A stretch of DNA of 64,000 nucleotides. Source: Clytia hemisphaerica. Lineage: Eukaryota. Shown here one piece after another: positions 37,601 through 49,690 of the stretch. Below the pieces are notes generated by a model. The model was given only the letters and a program-made list of their open reading frames with translations, made no database searches and was not told where the DNA came from. The DNA is taken from assembly GCF_902728285.1 (NCBI RefSeq), contig NW_027103286.1:3356497-3420496 (forward strand), given 5' to 3'. Position numbers and translations under genes: made by a program. How positions within the stretch are numbered: the first letter of the stretch is position 1; each line of letters begins with the position of its first letter.

Positions 37601-38786
37601 ACTTTGGACTACATCACAGAAAAATAGGGAACTTTACCGAGAAAACTTAATTACTACTTACCACAAGTCCTGAAAATTGTTCTTTCGATTCAACGCTGGA
37701 TGGTTTACCAGCAAATCAACTTGTGATCTCTAAAGACGAAAATTTATCTAATTTATCTACCTTTATCTAATTCCCTTTTTAGGTCATTGCTTTCCCTTCA
37801 TCTTTCCGTTGGCGAAGTCAGTTAAAGACTTTCTTGCAACGTTTCATGTGGATGAACATTTTTCACACGTCAGCAAATTATTACACACACCGAGATTTCC
37901 TACCAGCTTCTCCAAGTAAATTTTACGAACTGAACAATGGAACACAGCTCCCTTATCTTCAAGCACTCTCTGGAAAAGCATACAATGTTGTAAGTACCTT
38001 TTGTTGTAGTTAATCTAAATGATAAACTTCTGGGCAACCATTTCTTTGGGATATTTGTAATTACAACTTTCAGTCCTTTCTGCTACTAAAATTTGAGAAA
38101 AGAAACAACACAATTTTAATGATTTCGAAATTCAAACTCTGAGTGCCATAGTCGTTTATAATTCATCTAATACAGTAATATGTGTCTTACATGATAATTA
38201 CGATAATTGTTCCTGGATAAAACCGGTATCAGTTTGTCTTAACGACTGCAATTTGTTATTTTTTGCTTATTTCTCTTTACTATGTCTGAATTAGTCATCT
38301 AGCATACTACATTATAAGTGCCCAACTACTCTGTACCAGAAAGTAACGGGGTGGTACAGTCACTTTCGGTCGGGGTTGTGGACGGCGAAATATGTCGTTT
38401 TTATGAAATTTGTCGTTCTTTTTGTCTATTTTTAGTAATGCAGGATTCTTTAGATAAACCCCTCCACTCACGTTTATCATTTCTACGGAATTTTGAAATT
38501 AGTCCGTAGATATCCGGTCTGTATTTAAACAACTACGATTTTTTTCTTATAGGAATATATGAGATTCGAAGGAATGTTGAACAATTTCCGAGTGAACAGA
38601 ATTTTCTCATACTGGAAAGACATCACAAACCCGACATACCGACGAATTGTGCGCAAAGCTTTTTATCGTTTGAACACCATCGTCCAAAAGAAGTTAGAAA
38701 CAAGAAATGCTGAACGTAAAGCCAAAAATCAATTGGGTTATCAAATCATGGAACCAAAATGGCTGACGAATAGTATTCATATTTAA
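31654..38786 (+). CDS. Lipoxygenase gene A: nine exons, 623 aa, with a signal-peptide-like first exon, no recognisable PLAT domain and all iron-ligand motifs present.
   Basis: Exons 31654-31717, 32844-33184, 34644-34797, 35079-35182, 36000-36189, 36346-36710, 37291-37503, 37783-37989, 38553-38786. All junctions are GT-AG and phase-consistent; 1872 nt = 624 codons. LOX motifs: DDAFVQRRLAGQCPFLIQKV (DxxF..QRLAGxNP); SPISFFLLGDDGLLKLVAIQ; IHLGGVH (His-x4-His); FHTSANY (His-x3-Asn); ELQSWVNEL; C-terminal ...LTNSIHI with the terminal Ile iron ligand. Exon 1 MQRIFLLVLVVGLAACHRRHK is hydrophobic and signal-like. Confidence 0.85.
32335..32750. mobile_element. Palindromic MITE in LOX-A intron 1. Its TIRs contain C/G homopolymer runs (gcgtaccccccgggggggggggggcactcga...acgttcggccc) and the internal motif cccttacagtgcag is repeated.
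   Basis: Left 32339-32395 versus the reverse complement of right 32690-32748 (gggccgaacgtctggtaggtcatttaccttgagtgcccccccccccgggcgtacccgc). Confidence 0.65.
33512..34281. mobile_element. MITE in LOX-A intron 2 with ~45-bp TIRs containing a G10-11 run (cttaaccctattagcccca...ggggggggggtagaatctaccac).
   Basis: 33508-33570 versus the reverse complement of 34228-34281 (gtggtagattctaccccccccctggggctaatagggttaag). Confidence 0.65.
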
Positions 38787-39699
38787 AATATATCTAAAAT
38801 ATTTTTATAAATCTTTATAATCTTTATAGAAATGCTTACCCGGCAGCAAATCTTTGTCTTTAGTTTTGTGTAATTTCTCATTTTCTCATTTTTTTATTCT
38901 TGTTATTTTTCCTAAATACTTCATCTGAAAAAAATAGAAAGAAATAAAACGTAAGTTAACTACATCAGGTGTAAACAATATTTTGACTGACTCGAAAGCC
39001 CATACCGTCGACCCTGTGTATATCATACCCCCAACCCTCTGTGTGTTACCTATCAAGGAAGAATTTTTCACCAAAAATAATTTGCTCTTTTGAGCTTTTG
39101 AAACATAAAATAGGCGTTATTTGAAAAATATCATTTATTTTGTTGAGGTTGCAGTCTCAAACCTAATAATCAGTTTAGTCCTCATTTTGCAACATGCAGA
39201 TAAGACCTGACCTTCTCAAAAATTACAGTGCTCTGAACTATCTTTTCAACGGTATATTGTGTGTTAAATTTTTCTCGCAACCATTAAATTTTGGGAATTT
39301 TAGCAAATTCGTGAAAATCACGAAAAATTCTGGCTGCTAAAATTTCTGACATTAAAGCAATAAAATTAACTGTTAAGAATGAATATGTTAAATCGAGGAA
39401 TGCATAGGAGAACGAAATCACATCACAATCAAAATGAAAAGCGGATCGGATCGAAAGCGGAACAATTTTCAGGAAATGAGTAGTCTAGCAAGCTAGACGA
39501 CTAATTCAGACATATTAGAAATAAAGCAAAAAAGTAAATTTTAGTCGTCTATAAACCTTTGTGCACTAACTCCAAACAATAAAAAAAGTGTCAATATCGC
39601 AATTAAAATTTTTTCCTGCTCAAAAAAAATTCTTGAAAATAAAATGTGTGTGGATTTGTCTGTTAAAAATGTTTCATTTGAGTTGATTTTATTTTGAGA

Positions 39700-39940
39700 G
39701 TTTCAGGAGTTTGTTATTGCTTAATAAATTTTTTTCTCGCTACGCAAGTTTCTGCGTAGCTAGGCCCGGTATCTATAAGACTGGAACACCGGATTCTTCC
39801 AGTCGTTTATACAAACTAAATCCCGTATTATTATTTGTGTTTATTATTAGTATTACATGCATTATAAACGACTCCAGTCTAGGAAATGAGGAAAAAATTA
39901 AATTTTCGGACATGAAACTAAACTTCGCAAATCAGTAAAG
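39700..39940. repeat. Cluster of short palindromes in the LOX-A/LOX-B intergenic region.
   Basis: cgctacgcaagtttctgcgtagc (39738-39760); gactggaacaccggattcttccagtcgtttata ... tataaacgactccagtc. Confidence 0.5.
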
Positions 39941-40414
39941 AAATATCATAGATGTCAAATTCGATATTAATTGGCTTTTCGTCGGCGCGTTGATATATTT
40001 GAAACTTTTTTTGGACAACCTCTAAACGGGAATAAGGGTCCATGTTTACGATTTTTGAAAGACCTGTTTTCTACAACAAGGTAGTTTGAAAATTGATGCA
40101 AAGTTTATCTTGCTTATCATTTCGATCCAGAGAGGATTCTCATAGTAAGAGACCTGCCATGCTTATGGCCATCTTTTCAAAAGTTCCTTCAATATTTATC
40201 GTTTACCTAAGCACTAATCGGTCGATTTGGCTCAATTTCGTCATTATTTCAAGATTTGAGTAATCAAAATAATTTCAATGCCGAGTGAACTTTGGAAAGA
40301 TTAAGTTCGCACATACGGTCGTTTTTAAATCGATTGCCCCCGGGAATTTCGATGCTTTCAGACTTTTTGTTCTTTAAAAAGGTTCAAAATAGATATACAT
40401 TTTAAGAATTGAGT

Positions 40415-40680
40415 TTAGAGCCCCGAAGGGGCTAGAGATGAGTCTTCAACCTTTCTCAAGCAAGAAAAAGTGAAGCCTTAAGATTTGCGCCGCATTTAGA
40501 ATGACGGATTAAATCTAGCACTTTCTTTGTTATCACGTGGCATATTCTGGCGATATGTTTTACTTTCAATCTAGCGTTTGTGTGGAAACTACGCGGGTCA
40601 CGCATCTAGGATGGGAAATAAGTGGCTTCATTTCCCATCCAGGAGTCCCGTGTCTAGCCCTTGGGGCTTGGAAATCAATG
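40415..40680. repeat. Repeat with palindromic ends (agccccgaaggggct / agcccttggggct); its core is shared with 49840-49910.
   Basis: ttttactttcaatctagcgtttgtgtggaaactacgcgggtcacgcatctaggatgggaaataagtggctt at 40548- versus ttttactttcaatttggcgtttacgtgaaaaccacgcgggtcacgcattttggacgggaaataagtggcttt at 49840-. Confidence 0.55.
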
Positions 40681-41072
40681 ATTTTAATAGTATATGAGTT
40701 TCACCAATACATGTAAACTCGAATGCAGAAGCTTATTTCATTATTCTTTGGTAGAGCACTCACTAAAGTACCAAGGGCCATCAAAAAAATCAAAAAATGG
40801 TTCAAATGGCTCTGGGTGGGAGATTGCAAGCCAATACACCCGCTTTATCGCAACGTTAGCTTGCAACACACTTTGGAGTGTAAAAAAAGAGGTTTAGTCT
40901 TAATTTTCTAATATCAATTACGCATTAACTTGAAATCGAAAATGGGATTTCGGAATTAATATTTGTATCTTAGGTTAAATAAAGAAAATTATAAGATTAT
41001 TAAACGATTATTAAATAAGCGATAAATATGGACAAAAAAATCAAAATAAATGATAGCTTGGTTGAAACATTT

Positions 41073-44000
41073 TCAAATATGGACGCTATTTGTCAGCCAT
41101 TTTGGTTCCATGATTTGATAACCCAATTGATTTTTGGCTTTACGTTCAGCATTTCTTGTTTCTAGCTTCTTTTGGACGATGGTGTTCAAGCGATAAAAAG
41201 CTTTGCGCACAATTCGTCGGTATGTCGGGTTTGTGATATCTTTCCAGTATGAGAAAATCCTGTTCACTCGGAAATTGGCCAGCAAACCTCTGAACATCAT
41301 ATATTGCTGAAAAGGAATTTAATTTTCAAATTAATTATATAGATATGGTATTAACAAAACCCATGCGGCCAAGCGACCAAGCCCTGTAAACGGTCTAAGT
41401 TATAACCTAGGATTTGTAGATATAAAACACCCTATTGGTTTACTCAACTTTCAGCTGATAGTTTGAAAGTCTTCAAATGAAAACCACATAATGAGGCCCC
41501 CCCAGCGGTTGGCGTGATGGCGTGATGGAGGGTTTTTCGTGGCGTGATGGCGTGAAATTTTGAAAAAAAACGGCGTGATGGCGTGAAAATGAAGTGCCGG
41601 CGTGATCGTGAAATCGAGATTTTTTAGGCGTGATGGCGTGAAATTTTCAGTTCAGCGTGATCGTGAAATTATATTTATTAGTTGAATTGTATTTCTATGT
41701 CCATTTTAGCCAATTTAGAGGGTTTAAATTTCAAAATTTTCTTGGTCGGCCCTAACTATGGTGGGGCCTCCTATAGATTAGATTTCATTTTAAAACATAA
41801 AAGAAACGGTGCAAACAGTTCTATTCATCTGTCATTTATCCTTGTAACTTCTGATTGTTTTTAGCAGTTGCTAGCTAGTCTTCAAAATAAAGTCGAATGC
41901 TATGAGAGGGTCGAAAATTGAAATTTTTTCCCGTCAGCGAAAACCATGGTTGCGCTTTCTCCGTAACTAACATTTCCCTCTCTTTCTTAGATGCTTATTC
42001 TTAGATGCATCCAAGACATCAGGTCCTTTATTTCAGGAAAATATACATTTGTAGCAAAGCCATAAACAGAAAGAAGCAACAGGTTTATTATGAGGGTGTA
42101 ACTTAAGCAGATTGATCAAAAGAATCTGTGATGTTTAAACCATATTTTGGAAAAAAAGAGAGTAAATGAGGGCGATTTTAGCCATACTAAATTAAAAATT
42201 TCTCCTGTCGGTGCAAACCATGGTTGCGCCTCCTCGTTCCCCTTTTGAAAACTTTTCACGCTAATTCACAATTAATGTACTTTTAAAAGATTTCCATTAT
42301 TTTTACATGAGTTATTTTTCAAATTGAATTGAAATGGATCCCAAAATAGCACTTTGAACCCTTCAAAATTCAAAAATTTTCTCCGTTACCCAACCATGGT
42401 GGGCTTTGTCAATTTACTCAAACCGGTGCCCTTTGATGTGACCAGTTGTCCAACAATGTTTTATATGCATAAGTCAAGATTACGTCATTTTTCCTATCGG
42501 AAACACCCGAAAAAACTGGAATTTACCCCTGTGTATTACTAAAAATAGAAAAACAGATGTCAAATTTCTTCCAGATTTTTCGGGTGTTTCCGATAGGAAA
42601 AATGATATAATCTTGACTTGCTTACGCGTATGAGAATGCCGATGAAAAACTGATTAACGACCAAGCACATACCTATTTGTGTTTATATATAACAAAAATT
42701 ATGAGCATGAAAATAAATTTTCTAGGCGTAATGGCGTGAAATCGAAAGAAATTGGCGTGATCGTGAAAATCAAATTTTTCAGGCGTGATGGCGTGAAATC
42801 GAAAAAAAATTGGCGTGATGGCGTGAATTTTGGGTCCGCTGGGGGGGCCTCCATAATATACTCACAACATTGTAAAGTTTCCCAGTAAGAGCTTTCAATA
42901 AGGGCAGGTCTGTTCCATCTAGATTTTGATAAAGTCTAGTGGGTGAAGTTGGCATGAAATCTCTGTAATCAGGATAATTTGCTGAAGTGTGGAACAAGTT
43001 AATCCACAGAAAGCGTTTTAAGAACGTCCTCAACTGATCGCATGTTTCGAACTTTGCTGGAAAACCTTTCATCTAAATGAAATAACAATAGAGATATTGG
43101 CTGGGAAGAAGAAGAAGAAAATATAAGCGCGAAAACAAATTTCAGGTGTCGGAAGTGTATTCAAAGAGATACATGTAAGGAAGAAGGTCAAAAATTGAAA
43201 CTCTTCATTTTTAGCAAAACATTGTCTTGAGTTTCGAGTTTGGTAATACACTCTCAAAGCCAACGCAGACCTGTTACGCACTGGGAAAAAAACCCAAAAA
43301 TTAAACCCTGGTAAACAAATAATATCCAGTTGAAAAGCTTTAATTTGGAAAATGAGACATGGGTTTGGTGACATTTAAACACATTCCACACCTTTCCTCG
43401 CCCAGCATCAGGTTGAACCGTTCCTTCAGGCGACAACTCGTTAGCCCATGATTGTAATTCAGCGTCCCTGTGAATTCTTCCTCTTCTGTAATAAGTCTTG
43501 ATGATGTCATCGATGAAAGTCTCGTATTCTTTCATAATTTCTTTGACGTCATCACGGAAAGGGTAATATTTAATGTCCTCGTCATCCAAACCGTTACCCT
43601 GGAAACGCAAAATATTGGATTCTTTAAAACAAGATTCTAAGGGATAGTTTCAAAGTCGGTAAGAAATATTATGTACGCATTCTAGATCATATTATGAGTA
43701 AATTTACAATTTTGCATAAGCCATTTAGTTTAAAAAACTACCCCAGGTCAAATCTTAATAAAGGTAAAACGCCTTTACGCATTGTTCTTACCTCAATGAA
43801 ATCTTCATAAGTGTTGCTTTCATAATCTCGTTCTGCAAAAGCTTTTTGCGACAAATCAAGAAAACCTTGATTCCCGGTTCCGTAGATGACACTACCCGCA
43901 GCATTGGGTGTGGTCAAAGTCTCAAAGACTGTGGTGATATGAGGGACAGTCCCTTCACAATGGTGCTTAAAGAAATCATAGAGGGGGTGCTTGGTGCTCA

Positions 44001-46545
44001 AATGACGTCTAAAGGACAAACAGTAGATGGTGGACACAAAATGGACTTCTCCGAGATGTATTTTAGCTTGACAATAAAGGTCTGATGCCATCTCAGCTTC
44101 TCCTTTAGCTAAAAGCCAATTGGAACTTTCTGGTGTATCAACTTCGGATGCTGGAAAAAAAGAAAAGTTTTAAATACTAGCTTTCAGTTTATTATCTCAG
44201 TGCTTTGTAAAGTGATTGTGCGGAAAGAAATCTTTTTTTGTTTTATAGAATTACAATCGAGAAAAGATGTTTTCGTCAGTAGTTACTTGGATCAAGTTTC
44301 CTCTTCCACTCAAATCCCATACCTAATCAAAGATAGAGTTCAAACATACTTTGAACAGGATTTCTTTGGATCGCAACTACGTGTAAAAGTCCGTCATCTC
44401 CCAACACAAAGAACGATATCGGTGACTTGACGTCAGCAAGTTTGCGATCTTGCAATAGCGGTGCGAATACGTCGGGTACGTTTTTAATGCCCACCATTTC
44501 AGGGATGTGAAGTACAAACAATCGGCCGTCCTCAATCGCCTATAAATAAAAAATAAATACAAAGTTTTGAAAAGTTGAATCTTTCTCTATTTGATTTAAG
44601 GCAGCACAATAATGACTGGGTTCTAAGAGCCCCCCGAACGGTTTGTGTGATGACGTGATAAGGACTTTTTTGTAGCGTGATTACGTGATTTGGATTTTTT
44701 TTTGCGTGATTGCGTGATCAGAGGTCAAAACGTGATTACACGAAACGTAAAAATTTTTTGAGCCATGATACGTGATTTGGACTTTTTGGACTTCGTGATC
44801 ATGATTGAAGACAAACAATTGTGTCATATCGTGATCAGAGTTACCGCTAGGGGGAGGGGGGGGGCTGTTCTAAATTTATACTCGTCGCGAAAGCAATAGT
44901 TTAATAAAAAAGTATTTCTGGAAGAATTAAATTGTAATTACCTGTTCAATAGACACAGATTCTGTAGCAGAATATTTCATTTCAAAGTCTTCAAAGAATT
45001 TGGTGTTGACTAAAGGTTTCAAATCGTCCACGTGGTAGCCTTTGCCATCTGTAAGAAGAAATATTTTTCTGTTATTGAATTTAAAAAGAAGATATGGAGG
45101 AAGGTTAGCATATGGTAGTGTTCACTTCTTTAAAACTTCGTTGGGGAAAATTTTCGTCGGGGAAAAATTCGTCACTTGCTGGTAGTTGGTAAACGCATTA
45201 AGGCCGGGGAAAATTTTCGTCAGGGAAAATATTCGTCACTTATCCAAAATTTCGTCACTTTTTCCCGACGAAGTTTTCCCTGATAAGGGGCATACGAAAT
45301 AAGAAAAAAAAGAAAAATCATCTCATGAAGATTTCTTCAAGGTACCTTCATCATCAACGACTTTCTTCAAGAAGTAGGGACATTGACCAGTCAATCTTCG
45401 TTGAGTAAACGCCTCGTCAGTTTGCCAGTGACCCGTCAAAACATGGTCTGTGATTGTAGGGAATTGCGATGGGTTGGCAAAATATTGTGGTGCTTTTGTC
45501 GCCTACACCAAAAGAAGAAGTGAATAATTTATTTTTAAACATGAAATGTCGGAGAGAATAAAACTTCCAGAAATGTTCTAGAAAACTCTCAATGTGATTG
45601 AAAAGATAAGTAATATCGGGACACAACAAAATCATTTGTTCAAGTTGTGCAAATAGAAAAGCGCACAGATGAAGAGGACAATTAAGAAAAAGATTTTCTC
45701 ACCTGAACAGATTGCTGCCATGCTTTATAAGCAATCGCATATTCTTGCGGGCTTTCGAAAGAAGTCGTGTTAAAAGCAGCAGTTAAACCAGGGAAGACGG
45801 TGTTTAGCAATATGTTTGTCCACGTTTGAAGAAGCACTAAATGTCTCGATTCAAATGGATCCAAGGCGTAATAATATTTGGTTTCAGATAGATTCTGCGC
45901 TAACCAGGGAATCGTTGAAGCCAAAGGAAAATCAATGTTGGTGTTTTCATCGGAAATTTTGTACCAATATCGAGCTCTTGCGATATCGGTCAGTCGCTCT
46001 TTCTGACAGTTACGACGTGCACCGACTTTGACAGGACATTCTGATAAAAAAACGAGAAATGTTTAAAAAAATAACGACACTGAATTTTGACTCTTGGGAA
46101 AAATAAGATATAAAAAATATGTTTGACCCTTAACGCGTGAACCTTACTTTTGCCCTATTCCCTGTGTTAAGGCGAAAATTGGGCGGATTACGTTAGAAAC
46201 TTCAAATCACTCACCTCTTGGTATTGAAGTGCGACGAGAAGACCTGTGGGATCTTTTATTCTTCCAGCGTCCCAACACCATCTTTGTTAATTTTGCCAAA
46301 TCTTCGTCTAATTCTGAAATAGAAACAAAATTATAATCTTTAATACAAGTTGGCTGATAGTTTGAAAATGTTCCACATACTAATGATTAAAAGAGTTAAC
46401 TATCGTCACGCATGAAAATATTTCTCCTTTTTTAGGCCTGGGGAAAGACGTAAATTAAACAACACTTACTCGTTTCATCCTGGTGAAGTGTGGAATGACA
46501 TTGTGCTACCACCACACATGCAAGTAGCAGGGTTACAACCTTCAT
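41073..46545 (-). CDS. Lipoxygenase gene B: nine exons, 624 aa; a paralogue of LOX-A in convergent orientation, with a signal-peptide-like first exon.
   Basis: Exons (minus strand) 46470-46545 (ATG 46545), 45703-46040, 45346-45502, 44942-45048, 44350-44539, 43792-44150, 43392-43598, 42866-43072, 41073-41306. All junctions are GT-AG and phase-consistent; 1875 nt = 625 codons. Motifs: DEAFTQRRLTGQCPYF; WLLAKGEAEMASDLYCQAKIHLGEVHFVSTIY (His-x4-His); FHTSANY; ELQSWANEL; C-terminal ...LTNSVHI. Confidence 0.85.
41494..42850. mobile_element. Foldback-type element in the last intron of LOX-B. Its inverted termini (gaggcccccccagcgg / ccgctgggggggcctc) are followed by subterminal tandem 'ggcgtgatggcgtgaaat' repeats.
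   Basis: 41494-41680: gaggcccccccagcggttggcgtgatggcgtgatgg...ggcgtgatggcgtgaaatttt.... 42715-42850: ...ggcgtgatggcgtgaaatcgaaaaaaaattggcgtgatggcgtgaattttgggtccgctgggggggcctcc. The internal motif 'aaattttctcc.tc..aaaccatggttgcgc.tcctc' recurs at 41895, 42195 and 42370 (and at 3120). Confidence 0.6.
42480..42610. repeat. Hairpin (inverted repeat of ~45 bp with a ~40-bp loop).
   Basis: caagtcaagattacgtcatttttcctatcggaaacacccgaaaaa ... tttttcgggtgtttccgataggaaaaatgatataatcttgacttg. Confidence 0.7.
44625..44870. mobile_element. MITE related to the 41494-42850 element (gagccccccgaacgg...cgtgat-type repeats...ccgctagggggaggggggggg), in a LOX-B intron.
   Basis: Termini gagccccccgaacggtttgtgtgatgacgtgat and gttaccgctagggggaggggggggg; internal (c)gtgat(t/c)(a/g)cgtgat tandem motifs. 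Confidence 0.5.
45120..45290. repeat. Palindromic repeat (cgtcggggaaaaattcgtcac / gtgacgaaatttt..cccgacgaag) in a LOX-B intron.
   Basis: Inverted repeats of 'ttcgtcggggaaaa(a)ttcgtcac' on both sides of ~45210. Confidence 0.5.
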
Positions 46546-47519
46546 CTTGTCTAAAAATAAATCCGAAAACTCATACAATAGAATGTCGGTAAAGTGTTTC
46601 AGAAGAGTGATAATATTGAATTTTGAATAAATACAAGTCAATCAAAAACAGAACATACCTTGAAAACCAACTTCTCTGAAATGGATTTGAAATTTTGTAC
46701 TGAATTCAATTCAAATCCTTTTTATCTGTTTTGCCAATTAACATTGAACGCGAAGACACTTCTCCTAACCGCCTTTTTGTTGTTGAAAAAATGTTCCTTT
46801 CTGCAGAGATGTGGTTTCGAAAGGATTGTTAAGCCGGAAGAACGTGTTACCCGAACAACAAAAAGATATCACGATTAATTATCTCTGGAGGTCATTAAAA
46901 TAATTACCTCTGAAAGAGGAACACTTTTTTTTTAAAGGTATCCCAATATCATTCTGTAATTATTTTGTTTTGACGCAGAACGTTTCGCTCAAAGCACTGA
47001 AGTTTGCATTATTCTATTACCCTGCTAAAAAACCCACCTCTTTCTATGTTGAAATTCCAAGCGATATTGTCATAAACGGGAACATTTTACGATAAGGAAT
47101 GCAAAACTATCATGAACGGAGAACTTTTTCCAGGTTGAATTTCATCGTAAATAATAGTTTTCCTTGCTGTCAAGAAATACTTAAGGAAAGTTTACATTCT
47201 CAGAGATGTAAAAATTTCAATCCCCAATTTTCCTTGCTGTCGGCTTCTTGAAAACGTTTTACGTTTTTCCCAAAAAAAACTATTTGGCAAAGGATGCAAA
47301 TCTATCATTAGTAAATCTTAGAGAACATACAGCAACGAAGAACATTTTTCAAAAGCCATCTGCTAAATTTTGCGCATCAGTAGGCACTGCGTGAAATTGG
47401 GGAGTTTTCTCATTTTCAGCAATGTTGCTGGCTTCAATGGATTTTACAGAAGAACTGGTATGATTTTTTTGATGATTGAAAAAAGATCTGAAATCTTGAT
47501 ACATTAAAAGAACATTCAA

Positions 47520-47720
47520 AATATTTGGAGCCTCCGGTTTTCAGTTTAAAGCCTAAAAATGTTCTTAACCTGTTCTTATTATCACCATTTTGTGAGTATT
47601 TTTGTCTACTTTCCTACAAAAATAGGAGTGTTCTGAACTTGTTCTTAATACTGTATTTTGGCCATCGAAGCTTTATGTTCTTAATGTTTGTTCGTATAAA
47701 AAAAACGTGTATTTGATAAA
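47520..47720. repeat. 'aagaacat' interspersed repeat copy.
   Basis: aaaatgttcttaacctgttcttattatcaccattttgtgagtatttttgtc...ttttggccatcgaagctttatgttctt...aaaaacgtgta. Confidence 0.6.
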
Positions 47721-48362
47721 ATAAATGTTGTTTTACCGCATATCCGATACGCATAATTGGAAAAAAGTGATGGTGAATAGTCAATCGAGAAAAAAAAACG
47801 AGGTATTCTCGAAAAGGAAGATTTTTACCAATACATCATTACTTGATTAGTCATTAAGAATACATTACTTAATTAGTTATTAAGAACATAATTTGCAATG
47901 CTAAACAGGAAGATTTTTCCTCACCCACAATTATCCAAACACAATTTACGAATTATAATGAAAATTGTTGTCATGAAAGCTGATGAGAGAAAATAAAAAT
48001 TGTTGACTTTTTTGTAAGAGTGAGGGTAATTGAGTTTTTTAAAGCGCCCCGAATGATAAATAAGAATATTCAACTTTTTTAAAGCAGGACAATTCAAAGC
48101 TTTAAAATTTGCGAAGCATTAACTAGACTATGTAGAGTCTACTTCTGACTGAACTTTGCTTTCTGATGATTTTGATAGCGAGTCCAGTGAAGTAGACTAG
48201 GGATATTGCGATCTTGAATTTTTTTACCTTCGTTTTCAAAAATTACAACAAAACAACAAACCAATGAAATATATTGAAACCCCTAACTTAACTTAGGGTT
48301 CACAGCGCTATGACAAATAAAAAGTATAGTAAAAAACGAAAACATTAAGTGCAAATGATAAA

Positions 48363-49690
48363 CTAAATATAACTATCAATAACATTTTTCCATTCCACAC
48401 GATTCAAAGCTTTCCCATACCACTCACATTTCAATATACCAACTTTATTCAAACTTTTGTAAACTCCACGCCCATACGTGAATTCAGGGGCCCCGCGTGG
48501 GCGCCTTTCGCTAACCCAGCATGTCAGCATCTTACGGGGCAAACGATCAGAGGGCATTCGGGTTACGTGCCCTAACCAGCGTAGTTGGCGACGTGTAACA
48601 TATACATCAATAGAGAGCAAACCAGTGCGCTCAAGCAATTCAGCCGTCGAAATTCGGTGGGATCTCACATGATTTAAGTTAACACGGCATATGGTGCGGA
48701 CACAACGAGCATGAAAAACTCTCAACTTTCTATAAACAATTTCAGTAAGGCACCAGTGCTCAGAGCCATATAACAAAATCGCCAGAACAATGCCTTCGTA
48801 GACAGATTTTTTTGCTGCGAACGAAACATTAGTAGAACGGAATAAACAATTTCTCAAAGCTCCAAACGCACTGCTGGCTGCTTTTATTCTCGACTCGACG
48901 TCAAGGGTATCTTTACAATCACGCGATAGGATTGACCCCAGGTAACAAAAACGATCGACGATCGGCATATGGGATGCATCATCGATTTTGACATTACCAA
49001 GATTCGTATTATCGAAAGACAGGGGATCGGTATAGGTTTGGTTCGGAGCAGAAACAAACAAAATTTCAGATTTAGAGCTTTTCTCTTCGGTACCAACATG
49101 GATTTCTAGACCGAATCTTAGAAAATGCTTGACTAGTGGTGGAAGGTAGGTTTCGACAGAGCTTCTTGATGTGAATAGAACTCCGGTATCGTCAGCATAC
49201 TCAGAGTCCGGTAACGAAAACTGTTCACATTTTTTAGTTGAAGGTCGTCTACCGGTTAGGATATCGTCAAACTTGGTGTGAAAGATACAGACTTCTCGTG
49301 TGTGAGTGGTTCTCCAAGATATCATTACAGCAGCAAGGTAGAAAATGAAAAGGAGTGGACCCAGTATATCACCCTGTTTGACACCAATTATACTTTCGAT
49401 CCTTTTAGTGATGTCATTTACAACAAACTTAACTTCCACATTTGCGTGAAGTGATTTAAGCAGACGTACAAGTTTATCAGGGACACCAAAAATATATAAC
49501 ACTTCCCAGAGAAGCTCGCGCGGTACTCGATCAAAGGCTTTGACCAGGTCGAGAAATAATATCCAAGTCTCTTGGCCATGTTCCCTGCGCTTTTTCATTG
49601 CCATTTTTACTGTGAAGATCCCGTCAACACATCCACGCCCAGGACGAAAGCCGCACTGGGGTTCATGGTCAAGGATCTGCTACCACCTCA
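48363..49690 (-). mobile_element. 5'-truncated non-LTR retrotransposon fragment (RT domain, RTE/L2-like).
   Basis: 413-aa ORF 48363..49604 with FLDLVKAFDRVPRELL, GVKQGDILGPLLFIFYL, EYADDTGVLF. An upstream extension QILDHEPQCGFRPGRGCVDGIFTV (to ~49690) ends abruptly, as expected for 5' truncation. Confidence 0.85.
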
